A stretch of DNA of 64,000 bases from assembly GCA_015233115.1 (NCBI GenBank), contig JADFYJ010000007.1, positions 40,885 through 104,884 on the forward strand, in the 5' to 3' direction. The notes beneath the pieces were generated by a model, which did no database searches, was not told where the DNA came from, and was given only the letters and a program-made list of their open reading frames with translations. Source of the DNA: Candidatus Omnitrophota bacterium. Its GTDB lineage: Bacteria > Omnitrophota > Gorgyraeia > Zapsychrales > Zapsychraceae. Below are positions 1 to 8,440 of this stretch, in pieces; the first letter of the stretch is position 1; the number at the start of each line of letters is the position of its first letter. The position numbers and the translations under genes were made by a program.

Positions 1-387
1 GCAATCCACCATAAACCCAATATTTTCTTCGCCGGTTTTAATCGACATTGATCATGACAGCAAATTAGAAATTGCGCTTAATTCCACAAATGGTAAGATT
101 TATTTATGGAAATACGACGGATCTGCCGTAGCCGGGTGGCCTAAACAAACCAATAGCGTATTTCTTACCTCTCCCGTTTTTGGTGATTTTGATAACGATG
201 GCAAACTCAATCTCATCGCGGCAGGGAACAAGTCCATTTATAAATGGAAATTACCATGAATGATAAGATAATTTAAAAATTCAAGTCATGAATAATGGTT
301 CCCTGTTTTCTAAAACAATAAAAACAAATACTTTTAAGGTTGAATAAACAGCATAACCCAAAATTCATAATTTTTTATATTTCTTGC

Positions 388-411
388 ATAGTATAGGGGG
401 GTATGGTATAT
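388..411 (+). promoter_or_regulatory. Candidate CsoR operator (G-tract pseudo-palindrome ATAGTATAGGGGGGTATGGTATAT) overlapping the putative csoR promoter
   Basis: GC-rich pseudo-palindrome with a central G6 tract in an otherwise AT-rich leader, about 70 bp upstream of the csoR start. It resembles the Bacillus CsoR box (TACCC-N-GGGGGTA type) as recalled from memory. A -35-like cttgca lies just upstream. Confidence 0.5.
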
Positions 412-478
412 TTACATTGGAAGAAGTGAAAAGGAAAAAGTGAGAGTAAAGCAGAAGCGATTGACAAAAGAAAGGCCA

Positions 479-766
479 CATATGCCGCAAATGACGACCC
501 ATGAAGAACAGTTGACCTACTTAAAAAAAATTGAAGGCCAGATTCGCGGTGTCCAAAAGATGATTGACGAAAAACGCTATTGCGTGGATATTATTACTCA
601 GATTCACTCGATCATCGGAGCGCTTTACCGGGTGGAAGGCGAAGTAATGAAAAAGCACATCGAAGGATGTGTGGCTGGCACGTTAAGCGGACAATCTAAA
701 GCAGAAAAAGAGAAAAAGATTCAGGAGATTGTGGAATTGCTGATAAGATCTAGGAGAGCAACTTAG
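479..766 (+). CDS. csoR: CsoR/RcnR family metal-sensing transcriptional repressor
   Basis: Motif YCVDIITQIHSIIGAL plus a conserved H...C arrangement typical of CsoR (DUF156). The start is chosen at the ATG with an aaagaaagg RBS; the track ORF begins at GTG 440. Confidence 0.75.
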   Translation, partial: HMPQMTTHEEQLTYLKKIEGQIRGVQKMIDEKRYCVDIITQIHSIIGALYRVEGEVMKKHIEGCVAGTLSGQSKAEKEKKIQEIVELLIRSRRAT

Positions 767-814
767 AAAGTGGTAAACGTGGTAGAGGTATAAAGGTGAT
801 AAAGGTTGGTAGAA
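766..814 (+). repeat. GT/AG-rich oligo-repeat (gtggtaaacgtgg...aaaggtgat), homologous to the arm at 40343-40378
   Basis: Direct sequence similarity to the repeat upstream of tRNA-Gly. It lies between the csoR stop and the cusB RBS. Confidence 0.5.
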
Positions 815-828
815 GCGAAAGAGGCGTT

Positions 829-1992
829 ATGAAAAAGGCGAATTATTTTCCAGTAATTATTATCATCACGGTTTTAATCATCGGCGGATATTTTGTGATG
901 CGCAATAACTTTTTTCCGAAAACGCAGGCACAAATGACTTATCAGGAAAAGGATATTTATTATTGTCCGATGCATCCTAATTTTACTTCGGACAAGCCTG
1001 GAAGCTGTTCGATCTGCGGGATGAATTTGGTCAAAAAAGAAAGGGCTGAAGCGCCTAAAACCAAATCTGAAAAAAAATTATTATATTACCGGAATCCTAT
1101 GGATCCGACTGTGACTTCGCCGGTAGCGATGAAAGACTCGATGGGCATGGATTATGTGCCGGTTTATTCCGAGGAAGCAACTGCCAACGAACCCGGCGTG
1201 TACGTCAGTCCCGAAAAGCAGCAACTCATTGGAGTCGCTACGGAAAAAATTGCCAAAAAGCATTTGATCTATTCCATCAATACCGTCGGGAAAGTGGCTT
1301 ATCCTTTGGATTTTTACGCAGATCAAGCTCAATATATATTAGACTTGAAAACAGCTCTAAATTCATTCAACGGATCGTTAAGAGCTTTTAGTTTGCAAGC
1401 CAATCCGTCCATTCAAGCCAGCCGGAAAAAACTTCTTTTACAAGGCATGACGCAATCGGATATCGATCTGTTAGTTAAAAATCGTAAGTTGCAGAATAAT
1501 ATTCCCTGGCAGAGTTTGAGCGAAAGAACCATTGTTTATATGACGATCTATGAATACGAAATCAGCCAGATTAAAAATGGCGCTGCGGTTGAGATCAGCG
1601 CGTCTGCTTATCCGGGTGAAATATTTAAAGGAAGCATAAGCGCTGTTCCGGAAGTGCTTAATCCGGAAACCCGGTCCTTACAAGTCCGCGCTGAAGTCAG
1701 TGATCCCGGACGTAAACTTAAACCGGATATGTTTGTCGATGCCAAAATCTTAACTGATTTGGGAGAGAAATTAGCTTTGCCGGTATCTGCTGTGCTGGAT
1801 ACAGGGACAAAGAAAATTGTTTATATCAAAACCGACAACGATAGAATTTCTCCACAGGAAGTCGTTACCGGACAAAAAACGGATGATTATTATGAAATCA
1901 TCAGCGGAGTTCATGAAGGGGACGATGTCATAACCAGCGGAAATTTTCTCATTGATTCAGAATCAAAGTTAAACAGTATGATAAAAAATTAA
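829..1992 (+). CDS. cusB: Efflux RND transporter periplasmic adaptor subunit, CusB-like with an N-terminal metal-binding motif
   Basis: YYCPMHP...CSICGMNL heavy-metal-binding motif characteristic of CusB/CzcB adaptors, an N-terminal TM anchor and a C-terminal HlyD-like beta-barrel region. The start is set at MKKANYF after a gaaagagg RBS. Confidence 0.8.
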   Translation: MKKANYFPVIIIITVLIIGGYFVMRNNFFPKTQAQMTYQEKDIYYCPMHPNFTSDKPGSCSICGMNLVKKERAEAPKTKSEKKLLYYRNPMDPTVTSPVAMKDSMGMDYVPVYSEEATANEPGVYVSPEKQQLIGVATEKIAKKHLIYSINTVGKVAYPLDFYADQAQYILDLKTALNSFNGSLRAFSLQANPSIQASRKKLLLQGMTQSDIDLLVKNRKLQNNIPWQSLSERTIVYMTIYEYEISQIKNGAAVEISASAYPGEIFKGSISAVPEVLNPETRSLQVRAEVSDPGRKLKPDMFVDAKILTDLGEKLALPVSAVLDTGTKKIVYIKTDNDRISPQEVVTGQKTDDYYEIISGVHEGDDVITSGNFLIDSESKLNSMIKN

Positions 1993-2006
1993 TAACCTAT
2001 AACACT

Positions 2007-2038
2007 CCGCGTCGGTGGACTTTGGTCCACCGACGCGG
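2007..2038 (+). other. Perfect 14-bp-stem hairpin (ccgcgtcggtggac-tttg-gtccaccgacgcgg) in the cusB-cusA intercistronic region
   Basis: Exact inverted repeat read directly from the sequence. It sits immediately after the cusB stop and before the MIEK start of cusA. Confidence 0.7.
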
Positions 2039-2050
2039 TGGTCCATCGGT

Positions 2051-5000
2051 ATGATAGAAAAAATTATAGAATTTTCAGCTAAAAATAAGTATCTCATCAT
2101 TATCCTGGCGATTGTCGCCATGCTGGGGGCCGTATATTGCATAAAAAATATTCCCCTCGATGCCATTCCTGATTTGTCAGACACTCAAGTCATAATTTAT
2201 TCCAAATGGGACAGATCACCGGATATTATCGAAGACCAGGTGACTTATCCGATCATTACCGCCATGCTGGGTGCGCCTAAGGTTAAAGCAATCCGCGGAT
2301 TTTCAGATTTTGGATTTTCGTATGTTTATGTGATTTTTCAGGATGGGACCGATATTTATTGGGCACGCAGCCGTGTTCTTGAATATTTAAGCAAAATTAA
2401 TTCCCGTCTTCCGGAAGGTGTTAAAACCGAATTAGGGCCGGATGCTACCGGCGTAGGATGGGTATATGAATATGCCTTAGTTGATAAAACCGGAAAAAAT
2501 AATCTGGCGCAATTGCGCACTTTCCAGGATTGGTATATGCGCTATTGGCTGCAAAGCGTGCCGGGTGTAGCGGAGGTCGCGTCGATCGGCGGCTTCCAGA
2601 AACAATATCAGGTCAATATCAATCCCAATGCCCTCTTGGCTTACAATATCCCTTTGACTAAAGTCATGGATGCAGTCCGCAAAGGAAATAATGATGTGGG
2701 CGGGCGGGTCGTGGAATTCTCCGGTGCGGAATATATGGTGAGGGGCAGAGGATATATTAAATCTGTCAAAGATATAGAAAACATTTCTATCGGCAATACA
2801 ACCAACGGAACGCCCATCTTTATTAAAAACGTTGCCTCAGTCGTATTAGGCCCGGATATCCGACGCGGAGTGGCTGATCTTGACGGCCAGGGTGATACAG
2901 TTGGCGGTATTGTGGTCATGCGTTCCGGCGAAAATGCTTTAAATGTCATTAACCGCGTCAAAGCCAAAATTCAAGATGTTAAAGCCTCACTTCCCCCGGG
3001 TGTAGAAGTTGTGACCACCTATGACCGTTCAGACCTTATTAAACGCTCTATTGATACATTGAAACATCAACTAATCGAAGAGATGATTATCGTCAGCTTT
3101 GTAATTTTATTATTTTTGTGGCACTTTCCGTCAGCCGTCATTCCCATTGTGACCATTCCGATTGCCGTACTTTTATCGTTTATCCCTATGTTTGGTCTGA
3201 AACTAACATCTAATATTATGTCCTTGTCCGGTATAGCAATATCAATCGGGGTACTTGTCGACGGCGCGATTGTTGAGGTAGAAAATGCTTACAAAAAACT
3301 TCAGCTTTGGGAAGAAGGGGGACGAAAGGGTGATTTCAAAGTTATCCGCTTAAACGCGCTTAAAGAAGTCGGGCCGTCGGTATTTTTTTCCCTTTTAGTC
3401 ATTGCCGTCGCTTTTATTCCGGTTTTTACATTAATTGACCAGGAAGGCAGACTGTTCAAACCTTTAGCGTTCAGCAAAACTTTTGCCATGGCTATCGCCG
3501 CGATCTTAGCCATTACGCTCGATCCAGCTATGCGAATGTTGTTTACCAGAATGGACCATAAAAATTTTAAACCTGCCTGGCTGTCAAAAATTTTTAATGC
3601 CGTTACAGTGGGAAAATATTATCCGGAAGAAAAACATCCGGTCAGTAAAATATTGTTCAAAATTTATGAACCAGTTTGCAGCTGGGTTTTAAAATACCGC
3701 AAAACCACTATTATCGCTGCTATTCTCCTTGTGCTCGCGACTGTGCCAGTTTTTTTAAAACTCGGTACTGAATTCATGCCGCCATTAAATGAGGGAAGTA
3801 TCTTATATATGCCGACTACCTTGCCCGGTATATCCGTCACAGAAAGCCAGAAACTACTGCAAAAAATGGATCAGGTTATTAAAACCGTTCCCGAAGTTGA
3901 ACGCGTGTTCGGTAAAGCCGGACGAGCGGAAACCTCGACTGACCCAGCGCCGTTTTCCATGATGGAAACAACCATTGTGCTGAAACCTGAAGACCAATGG
4001 AGAAAAATTGACCGCTGGTATTCCAAACTGCCTTCATTTTTGCAAACGCCGTTTAAGCCAATCTGGAAAGAACATATCAGCATAGAAGACGTAGTAGCTG
4101 ATCTCGACCAGAGAATGAGATTTCCCGGAGTAACGAACGCGTGGACCATGCCGATCAAAGCCAGAATAGATATGCTCTCGACCGGCGTGCGAACTCCTAT
4201 CGGCATTAAAGTGTTTGGCTCTGATTTAAAACAGATTGAGATCATCGGTTTGCAACTAGAAAAAATCATGAAAAAAATAAAGGGTACCCGTTCTGTTTAT
4301 GCCGAACGCGTGACCGGCGGATACTTTGTTGATTTCGATATTAAACGCGAAGCCATTGCCCGTTATGGTTTATCAATTTCTGATGTTGAAGAAATAATTA
4401 CATCCGCGATCGGTGGCGATACCTTAACAACCACAGTAGAAGGAAGGGAGCGTTATTCGGTTAATGTCCGTTATGCCCGCGCGTTTCGCGATGATTTGGA
4501 TAAATTGCGTCGGGTGCTTGTACCAACTGCTGCAGGCCAGCAAATTCCTTTAGGTCAATTGGCAGATATTCATTTAAGCCTGGGTCCGGCCATGATCCGG
4601 GATGAAAACGGCATGTTATCCGGCTATGTTTACGTTGATATCGCTGATCGTGACGTCGGAAGTTTTGTCGCTGAAGCCAAAACCATCACCCAGCAGACTC
4701 TTAAAATTCCCACCGGTTATTCTCTTATCTGGAGCGGCCAATATGAAAATATGCTGCGGGTTAGGGAACGCTTAAAAATTGTTATCCCGATTACTTTATT
4801 CATCATTTTTATGCTTCTTTATATGAATACAAAATCGCCGGTTAAAGCCGGGATTGTTATGCTGGCCGTTCCATTTTCTTTGGTCGGTGCTGTTTGGTTT
4901 TTATATTTTCTTCACTACAATGTTTCCATCGCGGTATGGGTCGGCATGATCGCGCTCATGGGTTTGGACGCAGAAACCGGAGTATTCATGCTCATGTTTT

Positions 5001-5320
5001 TGGATATGTCATATAATGATGCTGTCTTGCGCGGTAAAATGAACACAGACGCAGATCTTAAAGCCGCGATTATTCATGGCGCGGTTAAACGCATCCGCCC
5101 GAAAATGATGACAGTCATGGCCATGTTTATGGGTTTAATTCCCATCATGTGGTCATTAGGAACAGGCGCTGATATGATGAAACGCATTGCCGCGCCCATG
5201 ATCGGCGGCGTGTTTACCAGTTTTATTATGGAACTATTGGTTTTCCCGCCAATATACGCGATTTGGAAGAAGCGGGAAATGAAAAAGTCAGAAGTCAAAC
5301 GTCAGAAGTCAGAAATATAA
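2051..5320 (+). CDS. cusA: Heavy-metal efflux RND permease (CusA/CzcA family, HME-RND)
   Basis: About 1090 aa with a 12-TM RND architecture. Conserved HME-RND segments include GIAISIGVLVDGAIVEVEN and AxMxxxMxxM-like methionine-rich regions. The C-terminal tail is encoded by a gtcagaag repeat. Confidence 0.85.
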   Translation: MIEKIIEFSAKNKYLIIILAIVAMLGAVYCIKNIPLDAIPDLSDTQVIIYSKWDRSPDIIEDQVTYPIITAMLGAPKVKAIRGFSDFGFSYVYVIFQDGTDIYWARSRVLEYLSKINSRLPEGVKTELGPDATGVGWVYEYALVDKTGKNNLAQLRTFQDWYMRYWLQSVPGVAEVASIGGFQKQYQVNINPNALLAYNIPLTKVMDAVRKGNNDVGGRVVEFSGAEYMVRGRGYIKSVKDIENISIGNTTNGTPIFIKNVASVVLGPDIRRGVADLDGQGDTVGGIVVMRSGENALNVINRVKAKIQDVKASLPPGVEVVTTYDRSDLIKRSIDTLKHQLIEEMIIVSFVILLFLWHFPSAVIPIVTIPIAVLLSFIPMFGLKLTSNIMSLSGIAISIGVLVDGAIVEVENAYKKLQLWEEGGRKGDFKVIRLNALKEVGPSVFFSLLVIAVAFIPVFTLIDQEGRLFKPLAFSKTFAMAIAAILAITLDPAMRMLFTRMDHKNFKPAWLSKIFNAVTVGKYYPEEKHPVSKILFKIYEPVCSWVLKYRKTTIIAAILLVLATVPVFLKLGTEFMPPLNEGSILYMPTTLPGISVTESQKLLQKMDQVIKTVPEVERVFGKAGRAETSTDPAPFSMMETTIVLKPEDQWRKIDRWYSKLPSFLQTPFKPIWKEHISIEDVVADLDQRMRFPGVTNAWTMPIKARIDMLSTGVRTPIGIKVFGSDLKQIEIIGLQLEKIMKKIKGTRSVYAERVTGGYFVDFDIKREAIARYGLSISDVEEIITSAIGGDTLTTTVEGRERYSVNVRYARAFRDDLDKLRRVLVPTAAGQQIPLGQLADIHLSLGPAMIRDENGMLSGYVYVDIADRDVGSFVAEAKTITQQTLKIPTGYSLIWSGQYENMLRVRERLKIVIPITLFIIFMLLYMNTKSPVKAGIVMLAVPFSLVGAVWFLYFLHYNVSIAVWVGMIALMGLDAETGVFMLMFLDMSYNDAVLRGKMNTDADLKAAIIHGAVKRIRPKMMTVMAMFMGLIPIMWSLGTGADMMKRIAAPMIGGVFTSFIMELLVFPPIYAIWKKREMKKSEVKRQKSEI

Positions 5321-5375
5321 AAAAAATTTAAAAATTGTTTACCAAAAACCAACAACCAAAAACTATCAACCAACA
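5287..5375 (+). repeat. Composite element: gtcagaag-type oligo-repeat plus ccaaaaacc-type AC repeat (copy 1), overlapping the cusA 3' end
   Basis: gtcagaagtcaaacgtcagaagtcagaa followed by accaaaaaccaacaaccaaaaac. The same bipartite arrangement recurs at 39113-39176 upstream of another gene start. Confidence 0.6.
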
Positions 5376-5400
5376 TATTAAACATGTAAAGGAGCATTAA

Positions 5401-5736
5401 ATGTCAAAAAAATTTTTAATTATCGCAGGAACTGTAACGTTCGTATTAGCATTGAGTCATTTGTCATTTGCGGATGATATGGCTAACAATTGTCCCATGA
5501 AAAAACCTGCCGCGACGGCTGACGCCACAAAGGCAGCTGCTGTAAATGTTGGCAACAAGATTTGTCCTGTGTCAGGCATGAATGTTAACAGCATGAGCCC
5601 GGTCACTTACGAATATGAAGGGAAGATTTACAATTTCTGCTGTGCCGGATGTATTGACGAATTCAAGAAAGATCCTAAAAAATACATACAAAAAATTGAA
5701 GCTGAGCTTAAAAACCCGGCCGAACAAAAAAAATAA
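5401..5736 (+). CDS. Secreted YHS-domain metal-binding protein
   Basis: Signal peptide followed by ICPVSG...YEYEGKIYNFCCAGCIDEFKKDPKKY (YHS/TRASH-type Cys motif). Confidence 0.7.
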   Translation: MSKKFLIIAGTVTFVLALSHLSFADDMANNCPMKKPAATADATKAAAVNVGNKICPVSGMNVNSMSPVTYEYEGKIYNFCCAGCIDEFKKDPKKYIQKIEAELKNPAEQKK

Positions 5737-5773
5737 CGTACCCCTTGCATCAGGTCTTTGTCCATGCTATGCT

Positions 5774-5793
5774 TAGTATGAAATTTCATACTA
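5774..5793 (+). promoter_or_regulatory. Perfect 20-bp palindrome TAGTATGAAATTTCATACTA upstream of the AbrB-family gene (candidate operator)
   Basis: Exact palindrome read from the sequence, about 30 bp upstream of the ATG at 5821. Confidence 0.6.
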
Positions 5794-5820
5794 ATCAGAT
5801 AAATCAAACCTGGAGCAAGC

Positions 5821-6039
5821 ATGAACAAAGACCTGAATAAAAAAATTTTTGGTTCTGTTAACGTCGGCGAACGTGGACAAGTTGTAATCCCGGCGGACAT
5901 CCGTAAATCGCTCAATATCAAAGCGGGTGACAAATTGATCGTGATTTCAAAACCAAACATGATTAGTTTGATCCCCACGGATACTTTTGATGAATTTTTA
6001 ACCCAAGCCACCGAACTTTCTAAAAAAATAAAAAAATAG
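5821..6039 (+). CDS. AbrB/MazE/SpoVT family DNA-binding protein
   Basis: GERGQVVIPADIRKSLNIKAGDKL swapped-hairpin beta-barrel motif, 72 aa. Confidence 0.7.
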   Translation: MNKDLNKKIFGSVNVGERGQVVIPADIRKSLNIKAGDKLIVISKPNMISLIPTDTFDEFLTQATELSKKIKK

Positions 6040-6044
6040 ATCTT

Positions 6045-7316
6045 ATGAAAAAGTTTATTTCTCTATTAATGTTGATCGGACTGTTTCCGGCCTTATGTCT
6101 TGGTAATGAACCAACCATATTGTCGTGGACCGATTGCCTCAAAGAAACAGTCAAAAATAATCCGGATTTAATTGTCGCAGAAAAAAGCCTGGAGCAAACC
6201 CGGGCCGCCAAAGATATTACGGCCAGCGGATTGTACCCGCAAATTGACGCGAGCGCGTCAGCGTCACGGACTAAAAACAAATCCAGCAACGCCTCAACAA
6301 TCGGCAATTCATTCGGATATGGCGCATCTGCCCGCCAACTTATTTTTGACGGGTTTAAGACCATCAATAATGTTAATGCGGCAAAACAAAATATCCTCGC
6401 GGCAAAACAAACGTATCGATTCGCGTCCGTTGATATCCGACTCAACCTTAAACAAGCGTACATAAATTTAATGCGAGCCCAGGAGATGATTAAAGTTGAC
6501 GAAGAAATTGTCCAGATCCGTAAAGGTTCATTAGATCTCGTGACTCTACAGTATGAGTCCGGATTGGAACATCAGGGAGCGTTACTGACCGCGCAAGCCA
6601 GTATGGCGCAAGCCGAAGCGTCGCTTCATGCCGCTGAGCGCGACCTTGAATTAGCCCAGCGCCAATTGAACCGCCAAATCGGTCGAAAAGAATTCACATT
6701 TATTGCTGTTAATGCCAATTTTAAATTAGCTGAACCAACGGCTCAAAAGCCGGATTTCGACGCTATTATCAAAAATCATCCGTCTGTCTTACAAGCCATT
6801 GCCAGACATAATGCGGCTCAATACAATTTAAAAAGTGCGTACGCGAATTTTCTTCCGTCCATTTCCGCCCAAGCTGACGCGGGTAAAAGTGGGGCAAAAT
6901 GGACGCCGCAAAACGAACAACTCGGCGCAGGATTTACCGTAACTATGCCTATTTTTGAAGGCGGTTTGCATAAAGCTCAAACTGTTCAAGCGTCAGCCGC
7001 TTTAGCCCAAGCCGCATTCCAGGAACAAATCACGGCCGAAGATACACTATTAACCATGCGGCAAAACTGGAATATCTTACTTAATTCATCCGAAAACGTC
7101 GACGTTCAATTTAAATCACTCAATGCCGCGCAAGAACGATCTAAAATCGCGCAAATGCAATATTCAACCGGCTTTATTACCTATGATAACTGGACCATCA
7201 TTGAAGATAATCTGGTGCAAGCTAAAAATACTTATTTATCAGCTCAAGTGAATGCGTTGTTAGCGGAAGCCAATTGGATTCACGCGAAAGGAGAAACGTT
7301 AGAATATGCGAATTAA
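6045..7316 (+). CDS. TolC-family outer membrane efflux protein
   Basis: Signal peptide, a two-repeat OEP architecture, and a length and coiled-coil-rich composition typical of TolC/CusC. Confidence 0.75.
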   Translation: MKKFISLLMLIGLFPALCLGNEPTILSWTDCLKETVKNNPDLIVAEKSLEQTRAAKDITASGLYPQIDASASASRTKNKSSNASTIGNSFGYGASARQLIFDGFKTINNVNAAKQNILAAKQTYRFASVDIRLNLKQAYINLMRAQEMIKVDEEIVQIRKGSLDLVTLQYESGLEHQGALLTAQASMAQAEASLHAAERDLELAQRQLNRQIGRKEFTFIAVNANFKLAEPTAQKPDFDAIIKNHPSVLQAIARHNAAQYNLKSAYANFLPSISAQADAGKSGAKWTPQNEQLGAGFTVTMPIFEGGLHKAQTVQASAALAQAAFQEQITAEDTLLTMRQNWNILLNSSENVDVQFKSLNAAQERSKIAQMQYSTGFITYDNWTIIEDNLVQAKNTYLSAQVNALLAEANWIHAKGETLEYAN

Positions 7317-8259
7317 TAAATTTTTAATAATGACCATTTTGATATGCTTTATTGCTGGAGGTTTTTGGTTCGTAAAAACGCGTAATAAAGCGAATGCCAA
7401 TACATCTAGCCAGGAAATTGCGCCAACCATTGGCAAGATTCAAACTTTTATTTCTACCACTGGAGATATCCTGCCGAAAAACCGTCTGGAAGTCAAGCCG
7501 CCGGTCAATGGCAGAATTGAAAGCGTAACAGTCAAAGAAGGCGACCATGTTAAAACCGGACAAATCGTAGCCTGGATGAGTTCAACCGACCGCGCCGCTT
7601 TACTCGATGCCGCTAGGGGAAAAAATGATCAATCATTAGAATATTGGCAAAATATATATAAACCGATTGCTTTAGTCGCGCCCATTGATGGCGACATAAT
7701 TGTCGCGACCATCCAACCTGGGCAAACCGTCACTGTATCCGATGCTGTTGTGGTCATATCTGATCAGCTGATCGCCCGCGCTCAAGTGGATGAAACAGAT
7801 ATAGGGAAAATCGTTTTAGGGCAAAAAGCAACTGTCACCTTGGACGCTTATCCGGACACCAAACTTAAAGCTGTGGTTGAACATTTATATTATGAATCAA
7901 CAACCGTCAACAATGTGACCATTTATAACGTTGATTTAACACTCGCGAATATTCCCGCGTTTTGCCGGTCAGGCATGAACGCGACGATTGATTTTAGAGA
8001 TAAATTTAAAAAAGATATTATGCTTTTGCCCGTAGATGTTGTTAAAGTTCAAAAAACCGGTGCTTACGTTATGGTTAAGACCGGACCAGGAAAGTCTGAA
8101 AAACGCACAGTCACAGTCGGGATAACGGACAATACCAATATAGAAATCGTCTCCGGCCTGACCACAAATGATATTGTGGTGGCCCAAAATAAAAAATTCG
8201 TTATGCCAAAATCAACCGGCGCAAATCCATTTATGCCGGCGAGACGGCCAAATAAATAA
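7306..8259 (+). CDS. Efflux transporter periplasmic adaptor subunit (HlyD/MacA-like)
   Basis: N-terminal TM anchor with biotinyl-lipoyl-like and beta-barrel segments. It lies immediately upstream of the macB-like gene. Confidence 0.65.
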   Translation: MRINKFLIMTILICFIAGGFWFVKTRNKANANTSSQEIAPTIGKIQTFISTTGDILPKNRLEVKPPVNGRIESVTVKEGDHVKTGQIVAWMSSTDRAALLDAARGKNDQSLEYWQNIYKPIALVAPIDGDIIVATIQPGQTVTVSDAVVVISDQLIARAQVDETDIGKIVLGQKATVTLDAYPDTKLKAVVEHLYYESTTVNNVTIYNVDLTLANIPAFCRSGMNATIDFRDKFKKDIMLLPVDVVKVQKTGAYVMVKTGPGKSEKRTVTVGITDNTNIEIVSGLTTNDIVVAQNKKFVMPKSTGANPFMPARRPNK

Positions 8260-8263
8260 GCAG

Positions 8264-8423
8264 GTAGTATGTAGCATGTCGTATGTAGTAAAAAAAATTG
8301 ATTTAAAAAATAAAAAACAAAAAAATGATAATTAAAAACCAAAAACTCATATTTCACGTTTTATATTTAAGCTTTTGTTTGTTTTTGTTTTTCTCTACAT
8401 ACTACATACTACGAACCACATAC
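8264..8423 (+). repeat. Inverted oligo-repeat pair (gtagtatgtagcatgtcgtatgtagta / ctacatactacatactacgaaccacatac) flanking an AT-rich spacer, with nested aaaaccaaaaac/gtttgtttttgttt arms
   Basis: The arms are reverse complements, read directly. They lie between the adaptor stop and the macB start. Confidence 0.7.
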
Positions 8424-8440
8424 TTATAAAATTGATACAT

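Noticed and set aside
2641-5298. Several 70-130-aa minus-strand ORFs inside cusA (e.g. 2641-2967, 3871-4269, 5074-5298)
   Set aside because: They lie antisense within a well-supported RND permease gene. They have no RBS or motifs and are typical spurious antisense ORFs.
5821-6039. AbrB/MazE-like gene as the antitoxin of a toxin-antitoxin pair
   Set aside because: No toxin-like ORF (MazF, Doc, PIN and so on) is adjacent. The downstream gene is tolC with a 5-bp gap, so a stand-alone regulator is more likely.
8375-8440. N-terminal extension of the macB ORF (MFVFVFLYILHTT...)
   Set aside because: It is translated from the ctacatactac oligo-repeat arm. The ABC ATPase starts at MNTIEIKK (8441).
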